A stretch of DNA of 64,000 bases from Escherichia coli (lineage in GTDB: Bacteria; Pseudomonadota; Gammaproteobacteria; Enterobacterales; Enterobacteriaceae): the NCBI RefSeq assembly GCF_013315695.1, contig NZ_CP054353.1. One strand, 5' to 3'. The translations under genes and the position numbers were made by a program. The notes under the pieces were generated by a model. The model did not search any database and had not been told where the DNA came from. It saw only the letters and a program-made list of their open reading frames with translations. Below, piece after piece: positions 8,275 through 16,738 of this stretch (its first letter is position 1; every line of letters begins with the position of its first letter).

Positions 8275-8646
8275 ATGCGTGATATTCAAATGGTTCTTGA
8301 ACGTTGGGGGGCATGGGTGGCAAATAATCACGAGGATGTGGAATGGTCATCTGTTGCTGCAGGTTTTAAGGGATTAATTCCTTCGAAAGTAAAATCCCGC
8401 CCGCAATGTAGCGATGACGATGGCCTGATCATTAGCTCTGCGATGACAGTTCTTAAGAAAAAGGAACCGTATCAATACGAATTACTGGAAATGTATTATG
8501 TGTATGGGGTTACATTACGGGTGTTGGGGGTAAAACTGGGGATATCACTTAATCAGGTTGTTATCAGACTGCAGAAAGCTGAAGGGTTTATTGACGGTTG
8601 TCTGGCAATGTTGGGGGTATCTTTAGAAATTGATTGTTACATATAG
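8275..8646 (+). CDS. Late-gene antiterminator Q (QuuD-like)
   Basis: N-terminus MRDIQMVLERWGAWVANNHEDVEWSS matches the QuuD/DLP12-type Q family; sits directly upstream of the late region; GGAG RBS before ATG 8275. Confidence 0.75.
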   Translation: MRDIQMVLERWGAWVANNHEDVEWSSVAAGFKGLIPSKVKSRPQCSDDDGLIISSAMTVLKKKEPYQYELLEMYYVYGVTLRVLGVKLGISLNQVVIRLQKAEGFIDGCLAMLGVSLEIDCYI

Positions 8647-8721
8647 TAATAAATTCAATCAAAGTAAATAATCATATTTTATTATAACCTCCTGATGATA
8701 CCTGTTCATTGGGAGGTTATT

Positions 8722-9339
8722 ATGGATAAAAATGTAGAGCATGTATTAGTTGATGCAATTGAAAATAAGCAATCTTTAACAGTCGTTTACTTAGGAGGGA
8801 GCCAGCCCGGAACATTAAGGAATATTTCTCCGATTAGTATAAATGGGGATAAATTGCGGGCAAGATGCCATAGTTCTGGAGCAGTAAAGGTTTTCAATCT
8901 TGGGAAAATACAGTTACCCAGTGACTCCTGCGCGGTATCTATGCACTATGGAGATTTAGAAGTTAAAGCTTATGAGACGATGCAGAGCGTAAATGACAAC
9001 TTTCATGCCCTTTATCCTGAAGGACGATGGGGTGTTGATTTTAATGAGCATCGCTTTGCTTTATTTGATTTTTTTAAAAACGGGAAACGAAAAAAAACGG
9101 CATTTATGGCAATTGAGTTCAGGGAAAGAGATGAAGAGAAAATAATAACAGGTGTAACAATTGATATTGGTATATCTGGAACAGTGATTTCTGAGAAGTC
9201 CCGAATCCCAAAAAGACGACCATGGGTAGTGGTTGGTCCCGAACACGGAGAATACAGTACTTATTCAACTTTGGACAAGGCTGCTACAGCGTTTTTTGAG
9301 AGGCTTTCGTTGATAGCATCCGGCCTGGAAGATAATTGA
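8722..9339 (+). CDS. Hypothetical moron protein (205 aa), unknown function, AT-rich
   Basis: Strong RBS GGGAGG 5 nt before ATG 8722; no recognisable motif, no signal peptide; followed by a terminator; lies between Q and the tRNA block. Confidence 0.6.
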   Translation: MDKNVEHVLVDAIENKQSLTVVYLGGSQPGTLRNISPISINGDKLRARCHSSGAVKVFNLGKIQLPSDSCAVSMHYGDLEVKAYETMQSVNDNFHALYPEGRWGVDFNEHRFALFDFFKNGKRKKTAFMAIEFRERDEEKIITGVTIDIGISGTVISEKSRIPKRRPWVVVGPEHGEYSTYSTLDKAATAFFERLSLIASGLEDN

Positions 9340-9468
9340 TTTTATGTTTGGTATTCAGAGTTCGCCGTGCTTAAGAAAGTCAAGATTCTAAAAATACTGA
9401 ATGAGCTACTTGTGTTATAACAAAAATGCTATTAGTGTGTTAAGAGTGGTTACTTCGCCACACAACTT

Positions 9469-9493
9469 AAACCCGCCACTGAGCGGGTTTTTT
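9469..9493 (+). terminator. Rho-independent terminator downstream of the moron gene
   Basis: AAACCCGC-CACTGA-GCGGGTTT hairpin followed by a T-run. Confidence 0.6.
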
Positions 9494-9617
9494 GTACCTG
9501 TAAACTTGGTGCAGTACAGTAAACACGCTGGTGGTCGTGAATACTGGCTTTTTATCTTGCTGGCTTTTTAGACAAGAGTTATTGGTATGTCACGTTAACC
9601 GGAAAGGGTAAAAAGAC

Positions 9618-9815
9618 ATGCTGAAACAGCAGGATATGACAGAAACCGCCAGAGTTGTGTTTGATGAATTAAGCGTTACCGAACCGGCGACAGTCGGGGA
9701 GATTGCGCAGAATACTTACCTTTCACGCGAACGCTGCCAGTTAATACTGACCCAGCTTGTTATGGCGGGTCTGGCAGACTATCAGTGCGGTTGTTACAGA
9801 CGCCTTCAGTCCTGA
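9618..9815 (+). CDS. Small hypothetical protein (65 aa), possible winged-helix regulator
   Basis: ORF with AAAGGGTAAAAAG region before the ATG; helix-rich sequence GEIAQNTYLSRERCQLILTQLVMAGLA; no confident family. Confidence 0.35.
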   Translation: MLKQQDMTETARVVFDELSVTEPATVGEIAQNTYLSRERCQLILTQLVMAGLADYQCGCYRRLQS

Positions 9816-9949
9816 AGGCTTTTTATTTGTGGTGAATGGGCGGCTGGTGGGGGGGCGACACCTGTCAGTCCTTTGCTTATGTGTTGATGATAATTTACCT
9901 TTTGGGGCTATAATTGAGCTAACCAATTGCTAATGAAAGTAAAATTATA

Positions 9950-10663
9950 ATGGCTGTTGTCTGTTCAGTTATCATGGTTTGCTCCCCAATTAATATTTTT
10001 CTTGAAAAGGATACGTTGTCACTTAAGCCAGGCTCAGTTGTTCTGGCCACCAAATGCATCAGGGAGCTTTTCCTTATGCATTATGGCAAAGTTAAAATTG
10101 TCGATATAAGCGAATCCGTCGTAAGTCAATATCTGGAAAGTCAGCATAAGCTGACGAGGACTCGTCTGACTGACATTCCGCTTTACCTGTTGCTGGAACC
10201 CAACAATCCTGCGTTGGCTGCGGCTTTAATTACCAGCCAGGGATTTTCCGGAGAGGCCACGGATATGTTTCTTATGATGGCCTGCCTGTCTCTGTTTGAA
10301 ACAGATGAACGGATGTCATTGTTTTTAAGTGGATGTTTATCCAGCATAAGTGCCAAAGTCAGGGCGATAATTCAGACAGATATATCAGCAAGCTGGACGC
10401 TTGGTGCGATTGCTCTACAGTTGCATATGAGTGAGAGTTTGTTAAAGACAAAACTGAAAAATGAAGGGGGCATGTTCAGTCGCTTGTTGCTGGAAGAGCG
10501 GATGCGTGTTGCTGTAAATATGTTATGTTCCCGGCATGGATATGGACAGGCTATAGCAGAAAAATGCGGTTATTCAAGCAGGTCCTACTTTATTTCTGTA
10601 TTTCACCGCTATTATGGCTTCCCGCCAGACAGATATGTATCCAGGCAAGGGCTTGATTATTGA
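9950..10663 (+). CDS. AraC-family transcriptional regulator (prophage-encoded; start uncertain)
   Basis: C-terminal AraC-type HTH (WTLGAIALQLHMSESLLKTKLKNEGGMFSRLLLEERMRVAVNML...GYSSRSYFISVFHRYYGFPPDRY). Confidence 0.7.
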   Translation: MAVVCSVIMVCSPINIFLEKDTLSLKPGSVVLATKCIRELFLMHYGKVKIVDISESVVSQYLESQHKLTRTRLTDIPLYLLLEPNNPALAAALITSQGFSGEATDMFLMMACLSLFETDERMSLFLSGCLSSISAKVRAIIQTDISASWTLGAIALQLHMSESLLKTKLKNEGGMFSRLLLEERMRVAVNMLCSRHGYGQAIAEKCGYSSRSYFISVFHRYYGFPPDRYVSRQGLDY

Positions 10664-10691
10664 TTTTCATCTGATTATTATTTTTTGGCTC

Positions 10692-10767
10692 GGCCCTTTA
10701 GCTCAGTGGTGAGAGCGAGCGATTCATAATCGCCAGGTCGCTGGTTCAAATCCAGCAAGGGCCACCA
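10692..10767 (+). tRNA. ileZ: tRNA-Ile2 (anticodon CAU, ileX/ileZ-like)
   Basis: 76 nt cloverleaf GGCCCTT...AAGGGCC-A-CCA; anticodon loop TTCATAA; close to the E. coli ileX sequence. Confidence 0.8.
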
Positions 10768-10774
10768 TCACATA

Positions 10775-10851
10775 CCGCCATTAGCTCATCAGGATAGAGC
10801 GCCAGCCTTCGAAGCTGGTTGCGCGGGGTTCGAGTCCTCGATGGCGGTCCA
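10775..10851 (+). tRNA. argN: tRNA-Arg (anticodon UCG)
   Basis: 77 nt; acceptor CCGCCAT/ATGGCGG; anticodon stem-loop CCAGC-CTTCGAA-GCTGG; T-loop GGTTCGAGTCC; 3' CCA. Confidence 0.8.
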
Positions 10852-10864
10852 TTATCTGTACCCT

Positions 10865-10941
10865 GCGTTATTAGCTCAGCCGGACAGAGCAATTGCCTTC
10901 TAAGCAATCGGTCACTGGTTCGAATCCAGTACAACGCGCCA
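10865..10941 (+). tRNA. argO: tRNA-Arg (anticodon UCU)
   Basis: 77 nt; anticodon loop CCTTCTAAG; T-loop GGTTCGAATCC; 3' GCCA; one acceptor-stem mismatch. Confidence 0.8.
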
Positions 10942-10952
10942 GACTTATTTTT

Positions 10953-10980
10953 CCCGGCTCGCTTTTGCGGGCTTTTTTTT
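10953..10980 (+). terminator. Terminator-like hairpin plus T8 after the tRNA cluster
   Basis: GCTCGC-TTTT-GCGGGC followed by TTTTTTTT. Confidence 0.45.
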
Positions 10981-11433
10981 AAATGTCTCACAATTCAGAC
11001 GGTTGACAGTTGTCTGTTTTGCGGGGAGTTTGTTAAAAGAAACTGGCATGGTGAATCCCCCTGTGCGGAGGGGCAATCAGCAACTGGTGTTTTGTCACCG
11101 ACCCTTATCCTTTCTGTGCGGGTTCAGGTGCTGATACTGAACTCACCGGGAGGCACCCGGCATCATGTGCATGATGATACAGATACGCGGCTTTAGCCCC
11201 TCTCCGGAGGGGCTTTCTTGTGGGCAAAAAAAAGCCCGAGTGGGTTCGGGCAACAGCATGAGATATACATTTTTATAATCGAATGGATTTTAACCAGAAT
11301 TCATAAGGCTGCGCAACTGCGCGGTCTTTTTCGAATTGCGGGCTGTCGTCTCTCTTCTGCCATTGTCCTGTAACTTCCGGACTTCAGCCCGCTCCTTATT
11401 TTACTCACAATATTATCCCGGCCGGGAGGATTC

Positions 11434-13395
11434 ATGGCATTTAAACACTATGACGTGGTCAGGGCGGCATCGCCGTCAGACCTTGCGAAACGACTGACAC
11501 AAAAACTGAAGGAGGGGTGGCAGCCATTTGGCAGTCCGGTGGCCATCACGCCTTATACCCTGATGCAGGCCATTGCGGCGGAAGGTGATGTCACCACACC
11601 TGTGGTGGTGAAGCCGTCGGATGGAGAAGGCGCAGTTATCAGCAACACCAGCAACCCGGAGTATTACTTTGTTGTTGCCCTGGCCGGGCAGTCAAACGGT
11701 ATGGCGTATGGTGAAGGGCTTCCGCTGCCGGAGACATATGACCGTCCGGACCCGCGTATTAAACAGCTGGCGCGTCGCAGCACTGTCACGCCGGGTGGTG
11801 CGTCCTGTAACTACAATGACATTATTCCTGCGGACCACTGCCTGCATGATGTTCAGGATTTGAGTAAGTTTTCACACCCGAAAGCCAGCGCAGCTCAGTA
11901 TGGATGCGTGGGGCAGGGATTACATATCGCGAAGAAATTGTTGCCGTTTATTCCGGCGAATGCCGGTATTCTTCTGGTTCCGTGCTGCCGTGGTGGTTCT
12001 GCATTTTTGGCGGGCGATGAAGGTACCTTCAGCGAATCCACCGGCGCAAGCGAGACCTCGGCACGCTGGGGTGTAGATAAGCCACTGTACAAGGACCTGC
12101 TTACCCGTACTCAGGCCGCACTGAAGGCCAACCCTAAAAATATTCTGCTTGCAGTGGTCTGGATGCAGGGCGAGTTTGATTTGAAACAGGGTGCATACGC
12201 CACTCAGCCGGGGCTGTTTGATTCCATGGTGGAAAAATATCGTTCTGACCTGTCGGAATTCGGAGGTCAGTGTCTCGGGGGCTCTCCGTCATCAGTTCCC
12301 TGGATTTGTGGCGACACGACCTACTACTGGAAGCAGACTTATTCTTCGCAATACGATGCGGTGTATGGTGCATATAAGACGAAATCCGCAAAAAAAATCT
12401 TCTTTGTGCCGTTTATGACGGATGAAAACGGGCGAAATGTGGGTACCAACGAGCCGTCAGAAGATCCGGATGTTGCGGATATTGGGTATTACGGAGCCGG
12501 TGGTCGAACGGACGCCAAAACCTGGACGACGGCTGACCGTAAAACGCATTTTGGATCATGGGCACGTCGTGGGATTATTTCCGACCGTCTGGCAACGGCG
12601 ATTCTTGTGCATGCCGGGAGAACCGCTGAATTCATTACCGGAAAACAGCCTGATACGGTGAAGCCCACCGGACCTTCCGGTGAAGGTACGGAGAGAGAGC
12701 CGGAAGGTCCGGTCAGTAACCGAACCCTGATGAGTCTGCTGGCGTCCGGCGAAGACCTGGCATCACAGGGCTGGCGCTATTATCACAAACCGGCGAGCGG
12801 AGACAATGTTAACAAAAACATTGCTGAAGCGGTGGTCAGTGATGCGGGGGCTACGGGAGGTAAGGCCCTGCAACTGAATAAACCGGAAAACCACATCTGG
12901 TTTCTGGAGCATGATGCAGCCGGGCAGGGGGCAGAGTTGCTGAAGAAAGGAGGACGTGTGAGCGTACGGTTTAAGTTGCCGGGTTCACTGGTGCCGAATC
13001 AGTTTGCCCTGGGCATTTACTGGCAGTTGTCGTCCCTGCCGGAGGGAGTGACGCTGGCAGAGGAAGGCAACGACATGCTGATGTCCTTCTTTCTGCAGAC
13101 GGATGCGACGAACCTGAACGCGATGCACCACAAGAAGCCGAATGCGAAGCTGGAAACGTTCGGGGTCTTTGATAACGGATGGCACACACTGGCTTTTGAG
13201 TTTGCCGGAAACAACAGCATTCAGGTGACGCCGGTACTGGATGAGAAACGGGGGACGCCGTTCACACTGGTGAAATCTCCGGCATCAGGGGCGGCGGACA
13301 AACTGCAACTGACAGGCATATCAAAGGCGGCGACATATACGCTGCTGATTGACAGTGTGAAGGTGGAAGTGAACAACGCGGATGCCGCGGCATGA
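11434..13395 (+). CDS. nanS: Prophage 9-O-acetyl-sialate esterase NanS-p (DUF1737 plus SASA/SGNH esterase)
   Basis: 653 aa; N-terminus MAFKHYDVVRAASPSDLAKRL (DUF1737); esterase motif YYFVVALAGQSNGMAYGE; sits where Stx phages carry nanS-p downstream of stx. Confidence 0.85.
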   Translation: MAFKHYDVVRAASPSDLAKRLTQKLKEGWQPFGSPVAITPYTLMQAIAAEGDVTTPVVVKPSDGEGAVISNTSNPEYYFVVALAGQSNGMAYGEGLPLPETYDRPDPRIKQLARRSTVTPGGASCNYNDIIPADHCLHDVQDLSKFSHPKASAAQYGCVGQGLHIAKKLLPFIPANAGILLVPCCRGGSAFLAGDEGTFSESTGASETSARWGVDKPLYKDLLTRTQAALKANPKNILLAVVWMQGEFDLKQGAYATQPGLFDSMVEKYRSDLSEFGGQCLGGSPSSVPWICGDTTYYWKQTYSSQYDAVYGAYKTKSAKKIFFVPFMTDENGRNVGTNEPSEDPDVADIGYYGAGGRTDAKTWTTADRKTHFGSWARRGIISDRLATAILVHAGRTAEFITGKQPDTVKPTGPSGEGTEREPEGPVSNRTLMSLLASGEDLASQGWRYYHKPASGDNVNKNIAEAVVSDAGATGGKALQLNKPENHIWFLEHDAAGQGAELLKKGGRVSVRFKLPGSLVPNQFALGIYWQLSSLPEGVTLAEEGNDMLMSFFLQTDATNLNAMHHKKPNAKLETFGVFDNGWHTLAFEFAGNNSIQVTPVLDEKRGTPFTLVKSPASGAADKLQLTGISKAATYTLLIDSVKVEVNNADAAA

Positions 13396-13546
13396 TAAAA
13401 AAAGGCCGCCAGCAATGAAGGAAAGGGATGAACTGTGTCCACTACATGAATGCTGGCGGCTGGTAAAACGACCACGATGACACCGAAGTTTGCGATATTT
13501 TTCTACAAAAATAAGTAAATCATGTCAACTATCACGGTGAGAAACC

Positions 13547-13729
13547 ATGACATTTCTGAACCAGTTAATGCTGTACTTCTGTACGGCAGTCTGTGTTATG
13601 TATCTTCTTTCGGGTGGGTACAGGGCAGTGCGCGATTTCTGGCGCAGGCAGATTGATAAAAGGGCCGCTGAGAGAATCAGCGCCAGTCAGTCAGCCGGAA
13701 GCAAACCCGAAGATCCGCTCATTCCGTAG
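13547..13729 (+). CDS. Small hypothetical membrane protein (60 aa)
   Basis: One hydrophobic helix LMLYFCTAVCVMYLLSGG then a basic tail; weak RBS; low confidence. Confidence 0.3.
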   Translation: MTFLNQLMLYFCTAVCVMYLLSGGYRAVRDFWRRQIDKRAAERISASQSAGSKPEDPLIP

Positions 13730-13766
13730 TCACTTTCTTGACAACACCTTTCAACGAGAAAATCCC

Positions 13767-14036
13767 ATGTCAGAAATCACATCCCTGGTCACTGCTGAGG
13801 CAGTGAAGGAAGTCCTGCGCTCTGAAGAAGTCCTGAGCGCACTGAAACAGAAACTCCGCCAGAACCTTGAGGCGCGTCTTGATGCAGAAGTGGATGCCAT
13901 TCTGGATGAGCTGCTGGGCGTACCAGCGGTTCCGGAGCCGGAAGGCATTGCGGATGACAGTACTGTTTCAGATGGCGTCGGGTCTCAGCCTGACGGTAGT
14001 GAAGAGCCTCAGCCTGACGGCGAAATGATGATGTAA
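13767..14036 (+). CDS. Small acidic hypothetical protein (89 aa)
   Basis: ATG 13767 inside the longer ORF-track call; acidic C-terminus ...DGSEEPQPDGEMMM; between nanS-p and the holin. Confidence 0.4.
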   Translation: MSEITSLVTAEAVKEVLRSEEVLSALKQKLRQNLEARLDAEVDAILDELLGVPAVPEPEGIADDSTVSDGVGSQPDGSEEPQPDGEMMM

Positions 14037-14111
14037 CCATGCGCAGGGGGTGTCGGTGTGAGCTGATGCCCCACTTGTTGTTGTGAGCTTCCGGATTGCG
14101 GGAGACGGGGT

Positions 14112-14327
14112 ATGTACCAGATGGAAAAAATCACAACAGGTGTGTCATACACCACGTCAGCGGTGGGAACGGGCTACTGGTTCCTGCAGTTGCTGGACAG
14201 GGTTTCCCCGTCTCAGTGGGCGGCAATAGGCGTGCTGGGGAGTCTGCTGTTTGGGCTGCTGACATATCTGACTAACCTGTATTTCAAAATCAGAGAGGAC
14301 CGGCGTAAGGCGGCGCGGGGAGAGTAA
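14112..14327 (+). CDS. Holin, phage 21 S-type (pinholin-like) with dual-start motif
   Basis: 71 aa; MYQMEK... dual Met start; ...[51 protein letters not shown] closely resembles S21. Confidence 0.85.
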   Translation: MYQMEKITTGVSYTTSAVGTGYWFLQLLDRVSPSQWAAIGVLGSLLFGLLTYLTNLYFKIREDRRKAARGE

Positions 14328-14331
14328 AGTG

Positions 14332-14682
14332 ATGAATAAAAAATATGAACTGGTTGTTAAGGGGATAAATAATTACGGGGATAAGGTTACTGTTACTGTG
14401 AAGCCGGAAGGTGACGGGCAAGCGTCGCTGTTGTTGCCAGATGTGGCGATTAGTCTTGACCGTACTGAAGGTGCCACGCTGGAGTTTTACGAAGCTGAGG
14501 CGAAAAAGCAGGCGAAGCAGTTTTTCATGGATGTTGCTGCCGGGTTATGTGAAGGGGATGGTCCGTTGCCGGAAAAGCGCCCCGTAATTTTAGAGGCGCA
14601 GGATGTGTTGATAACCTACAAAGGAAAGCTACCGGGAAGAATTACTGGTTCTCTGAAGACTCCACCGGAATCACAACCTTAA
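14332..14682 (+). CDS. Hypothetical protein (116 aa) inserted between holin and endolysin
   Basis: ATG 14332 after GGGGAGAG; soluble, no known motif; unusual position inside the lysis cassette. Confidence 0.5.
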   Translation: MNKKYELVVKGINNYGDKVTVTVKPEGDGQASLLLPDVAISLDRTEGATLEFYEAEAKKQAKQFFMDVAAGLCEGDGPLPEKRPVILEAQDVLITYKGKLPGRITGSLKTPPESQP

Positions 14683-14745
14683 TTCACTGACCGGAACAGA
14701 TAAACCTGTCCGTGGGCAGAAACCGATAAATCCTGATAAATATCC

Positions 14746-15279
14746 ATGAACGCAAAAATCAGATACGGCCTGTCGGCTGCCGTTCTGGCGCTGATTGCCG
14801 CAGGTGCGCCTGCGCCTGACATTCTCGACCAGTTTCTGGATGAAAAGGAAGGTAACCACACCACGGCATACCGTGATGGTGCGGGTATCTGGACTATCTG
14901 CCGCGGTGCCATCCTGGTGGATGGCAAACCTGTCGTTCCGGGCATGAAGTTGTCGAAGGAAAAATGCGACCAGGTTAACGCCATTGAGCGTGATAAAGCG
15001 CTGGCGTGGGTGGAGAAAAACATCAGAGTGCCGCTGACCGAACCCCAGAAAGCGGGGATCGCGTCATTCTGTCCGTACAACATTGGTCCCGGTAAGTGTT
15101 TCCCGTCGACGTTTTATAAACGAATTAATGCAGGTGATCGCAGGGGAGCGTGTGAGGCGATTCGCTGGTGGATTAAGGACGGTGGCAGAGACTGCCGTAT
15201 CCGCTCAAACAACTGTTATGGTCAGGTATCCCGTCGTGACCAGGAGAGCGCGCTGGCGTGCTGGGGAATCGACAGATAA
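14746..15279 (+). CDS. SAR endolysin (phage 21 R-type lysozyme, GH24)
   Basis: 177 aa; N-terminal signal-anchor LSAAVLALIAAGAPAP; lysozyme motifs EGNHTTAYRDGAGIWTICRGA and YNIGPGKCFPSTFYKRINAGD. Confidence 0.85.
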   Translation: MNAKIRYGLSAAVLALIAAGAPAPDILDQFLDEKEGNHTTAYRDGAGIWTICRGAILVDGKPVVPGMKLSKEKCDQVNAIERDKALAWVEKNIRVPLTEPQKAGIASFCPYNIGPGKCFPSTFYKRINAGDRRGACEAIRWWIKDGGRDCRIRSNNCYGQVSRRDQESALACWGIDR

Positions 15280-15438
15280 GCAGAATATTTTGCTGAAAAA
15301 TAAGGCATGGCCACGCGGGCGGATAACACGAAATCCTGCGAACTGGCGAAACGTAAGTGAATAAAAGTAAAAACCCCGTTTGTTGGCACCAAGCGGGGTT
15401 TTGTGTTTCCTGACTCCGGAAAAGTCAAAGGAGAAAGT

Positions 15439-15576
15439 GTGTTTGATTTTAGCAAACTGATTCGGGAGATTCGAGTGATGGCTGAAAAATTATCCACCTG
15501 GAAGTTCATTCTTATCTGGCTGGTGTTTGTGATTATGGCCTCCGGTTATTTCATCGGTCAGATACGCTGGTGGTGA
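15439..15576 (+). CDS. Small hypothetical membrane protein (45 aa, GTG start) between endolysin and Rz
   Basis: AAGGAG RBS 6 nt before GTG 15439; hydrophobic core WKFILIWLVFVIMASGYFIG; stop 1 nt before the Rz start. Confidence 0.3.
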   Translation: MFDFSKLIREIRVMAEKLSTWKFILIWLVFVIMASGYFIGQIRWW

Positions 15577-15577
15577 A

Positions 15578-16015
15578 ATGAACCGCGTACTGTGCGTGGT
15601 CATCATTGCCCTGCTGGTGGCCTGTGGTGCGCTTAGTCTGGGGCTGAATCATTACCGTGATAACGCCATGACCTACAAAGAGCAGCGCGATAAAGCCACA
15701 TCCATCATCGCTGATATGCAGAAGCGTCAACGTGATGTAGCAGAACTCGACGCCAGATACACAAAGGAGCTTGCTGATGCTAACGCGACTATCGAAAGTC
15801 TCCGTGCTGATGTTTCTGCTGGTCGTAAGCGCCTGCAAGTCGCCGCCACCTGTGCAAAGTCAACGACCGGAGCCAGCAGCATGGGCGATGGAGAAAGCCC
15901 AAGACTTACAGCAGATGCTGAACTCAATTATTACCGTCTCCGAAGTGGAATCGACAAGATAACCGCGCAGGTTAACTACCTGCAGGAATACATCAGGACG
16001 CAATGCCTGAAATAA
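15578..16015 (+). CDS. Rz i-spanin
   Basis: 145 aa; N-terminal TM then coiled-coil; embedded Rz1 in the +1 frame. Confidence 0.8.
   Translation: MNRVLCVVIIALLVACGALSLGLNHYRDNAMTYKEQRDKATSIIADMQKRQRDVAELDARYTKELADANATIESLRADVSAGRKRLQVAATCAKSTTGASSMGDGESPRLTADAELNYYRLRSGIDKITAQVNYLQEYIRTQCLK
15771..15962 (+). CDS. Rz1 o-spanin lipoprotein (embedded in Rz)
   Basis: Lipobox LLVVSAC followed by a Pro-rich stretch KSPPPVQSQRPEP; wholly inside Rz in another frame. Confidence 0.7.
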   Translation: MLMLTRLSKVSVLMFLLVVSACKSPPPVQSQRPEPAAWAMEKAQDLQQMLNSIITVSEVESTR

Positions 16016-16216
16016 TTTTTTTGCAAATCACAAAGTCAATTTAATGAGCCTCGCGATGCGGGGCTTTTTGCAATAAATGCGTACCGCAACGCATGTTTTT
16101 TACACCGAACCTGCCCCTTTGGAATGGGCCTTTGAGGATACCAGTTAGTGCTGGCGAGCCTCGGTGGGCTGGTTTCCTATGCGGCAAAGGTTCATTTCAA
16201 ATGGTAGGTAAACGTT

Positions 16217-16738
16217 ATGAATATCGTGCCACTTAATTACAAAGGTGAAATTGTCAGTTTCAACACTGATGGTTGGATCAACGTCACAGGTGTTGCTGAG
16301 AGATTTGGAAAACGCATTGATAACTGGATGCGTTTGGCAGAAACGCTTGAATACGTTCGTGCTTTAGACGAAGCGTTGACCGGGAAAGAATCTCAAATTT
16401 TACATCCCTCACAATCGAGGTATGTAAAAACCAGCAAGGCACGAAAGGACAGGGGTGGTGGTACGTGGCTACATCCAAAACTTTCAGTTGCATTTGCCCG
16501 TTGGTGTGATGCTCGTTTTGCTGTGTGGTGCGACCTGCACATTGATAGTCTGCTTCGCGGTGAACTGACTGAGCAGCAGAAATATGAGCAAGCATGTCGC
16601 ATTCGCGATGACCGGAAATCAAAAGCCAGCAATGGGGCAAGAGAGATGGCTCGCTGGCGATGGGATAAGCCGGTTATTGAAGCAAATGTTGAGTACTGGC
16701 GCGAGCAACTGCAGTTGACTCTCGATATCGCGTGCTGA
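16217..16738 (+). CDS. KilA-N domain protein (second copy in this prophage)
   Basis: 173 aa; GGTWLHPKLSVAFARWCDARFAVWCDLHI is the KilA-N core. Confidence 0.55.
   Translation: MNIVPLNYKGEIVSFNTDGWINVTGVAERFGKRIDNWMRLAETLEYVRALDEALTGKESQILHPSQSRYVKTSKARKDRGGGTWLHPKLSVAFARWCDARFAVWCDLHIDSLLRGELTEQQKYEQACRIRDDRKSKASNGAREMARWRWDKPVIEANVEYWREQLQLTLDIAC

Noticed and set aside
10746-11196. ORFs 10746..10991 (-) and 10819..11196 (+) overlapping the tRNA cluster
   Set aside because: They overlap three well-formed tRNA genes and terminator hairpins; the translations are low-complexity.
10942-11433. Possible stx genes between argO-type tRNA and nanS-p
   Set aside because: The interval is 490 bp with only hairpins and no ORF approaching StxA or StxB size.
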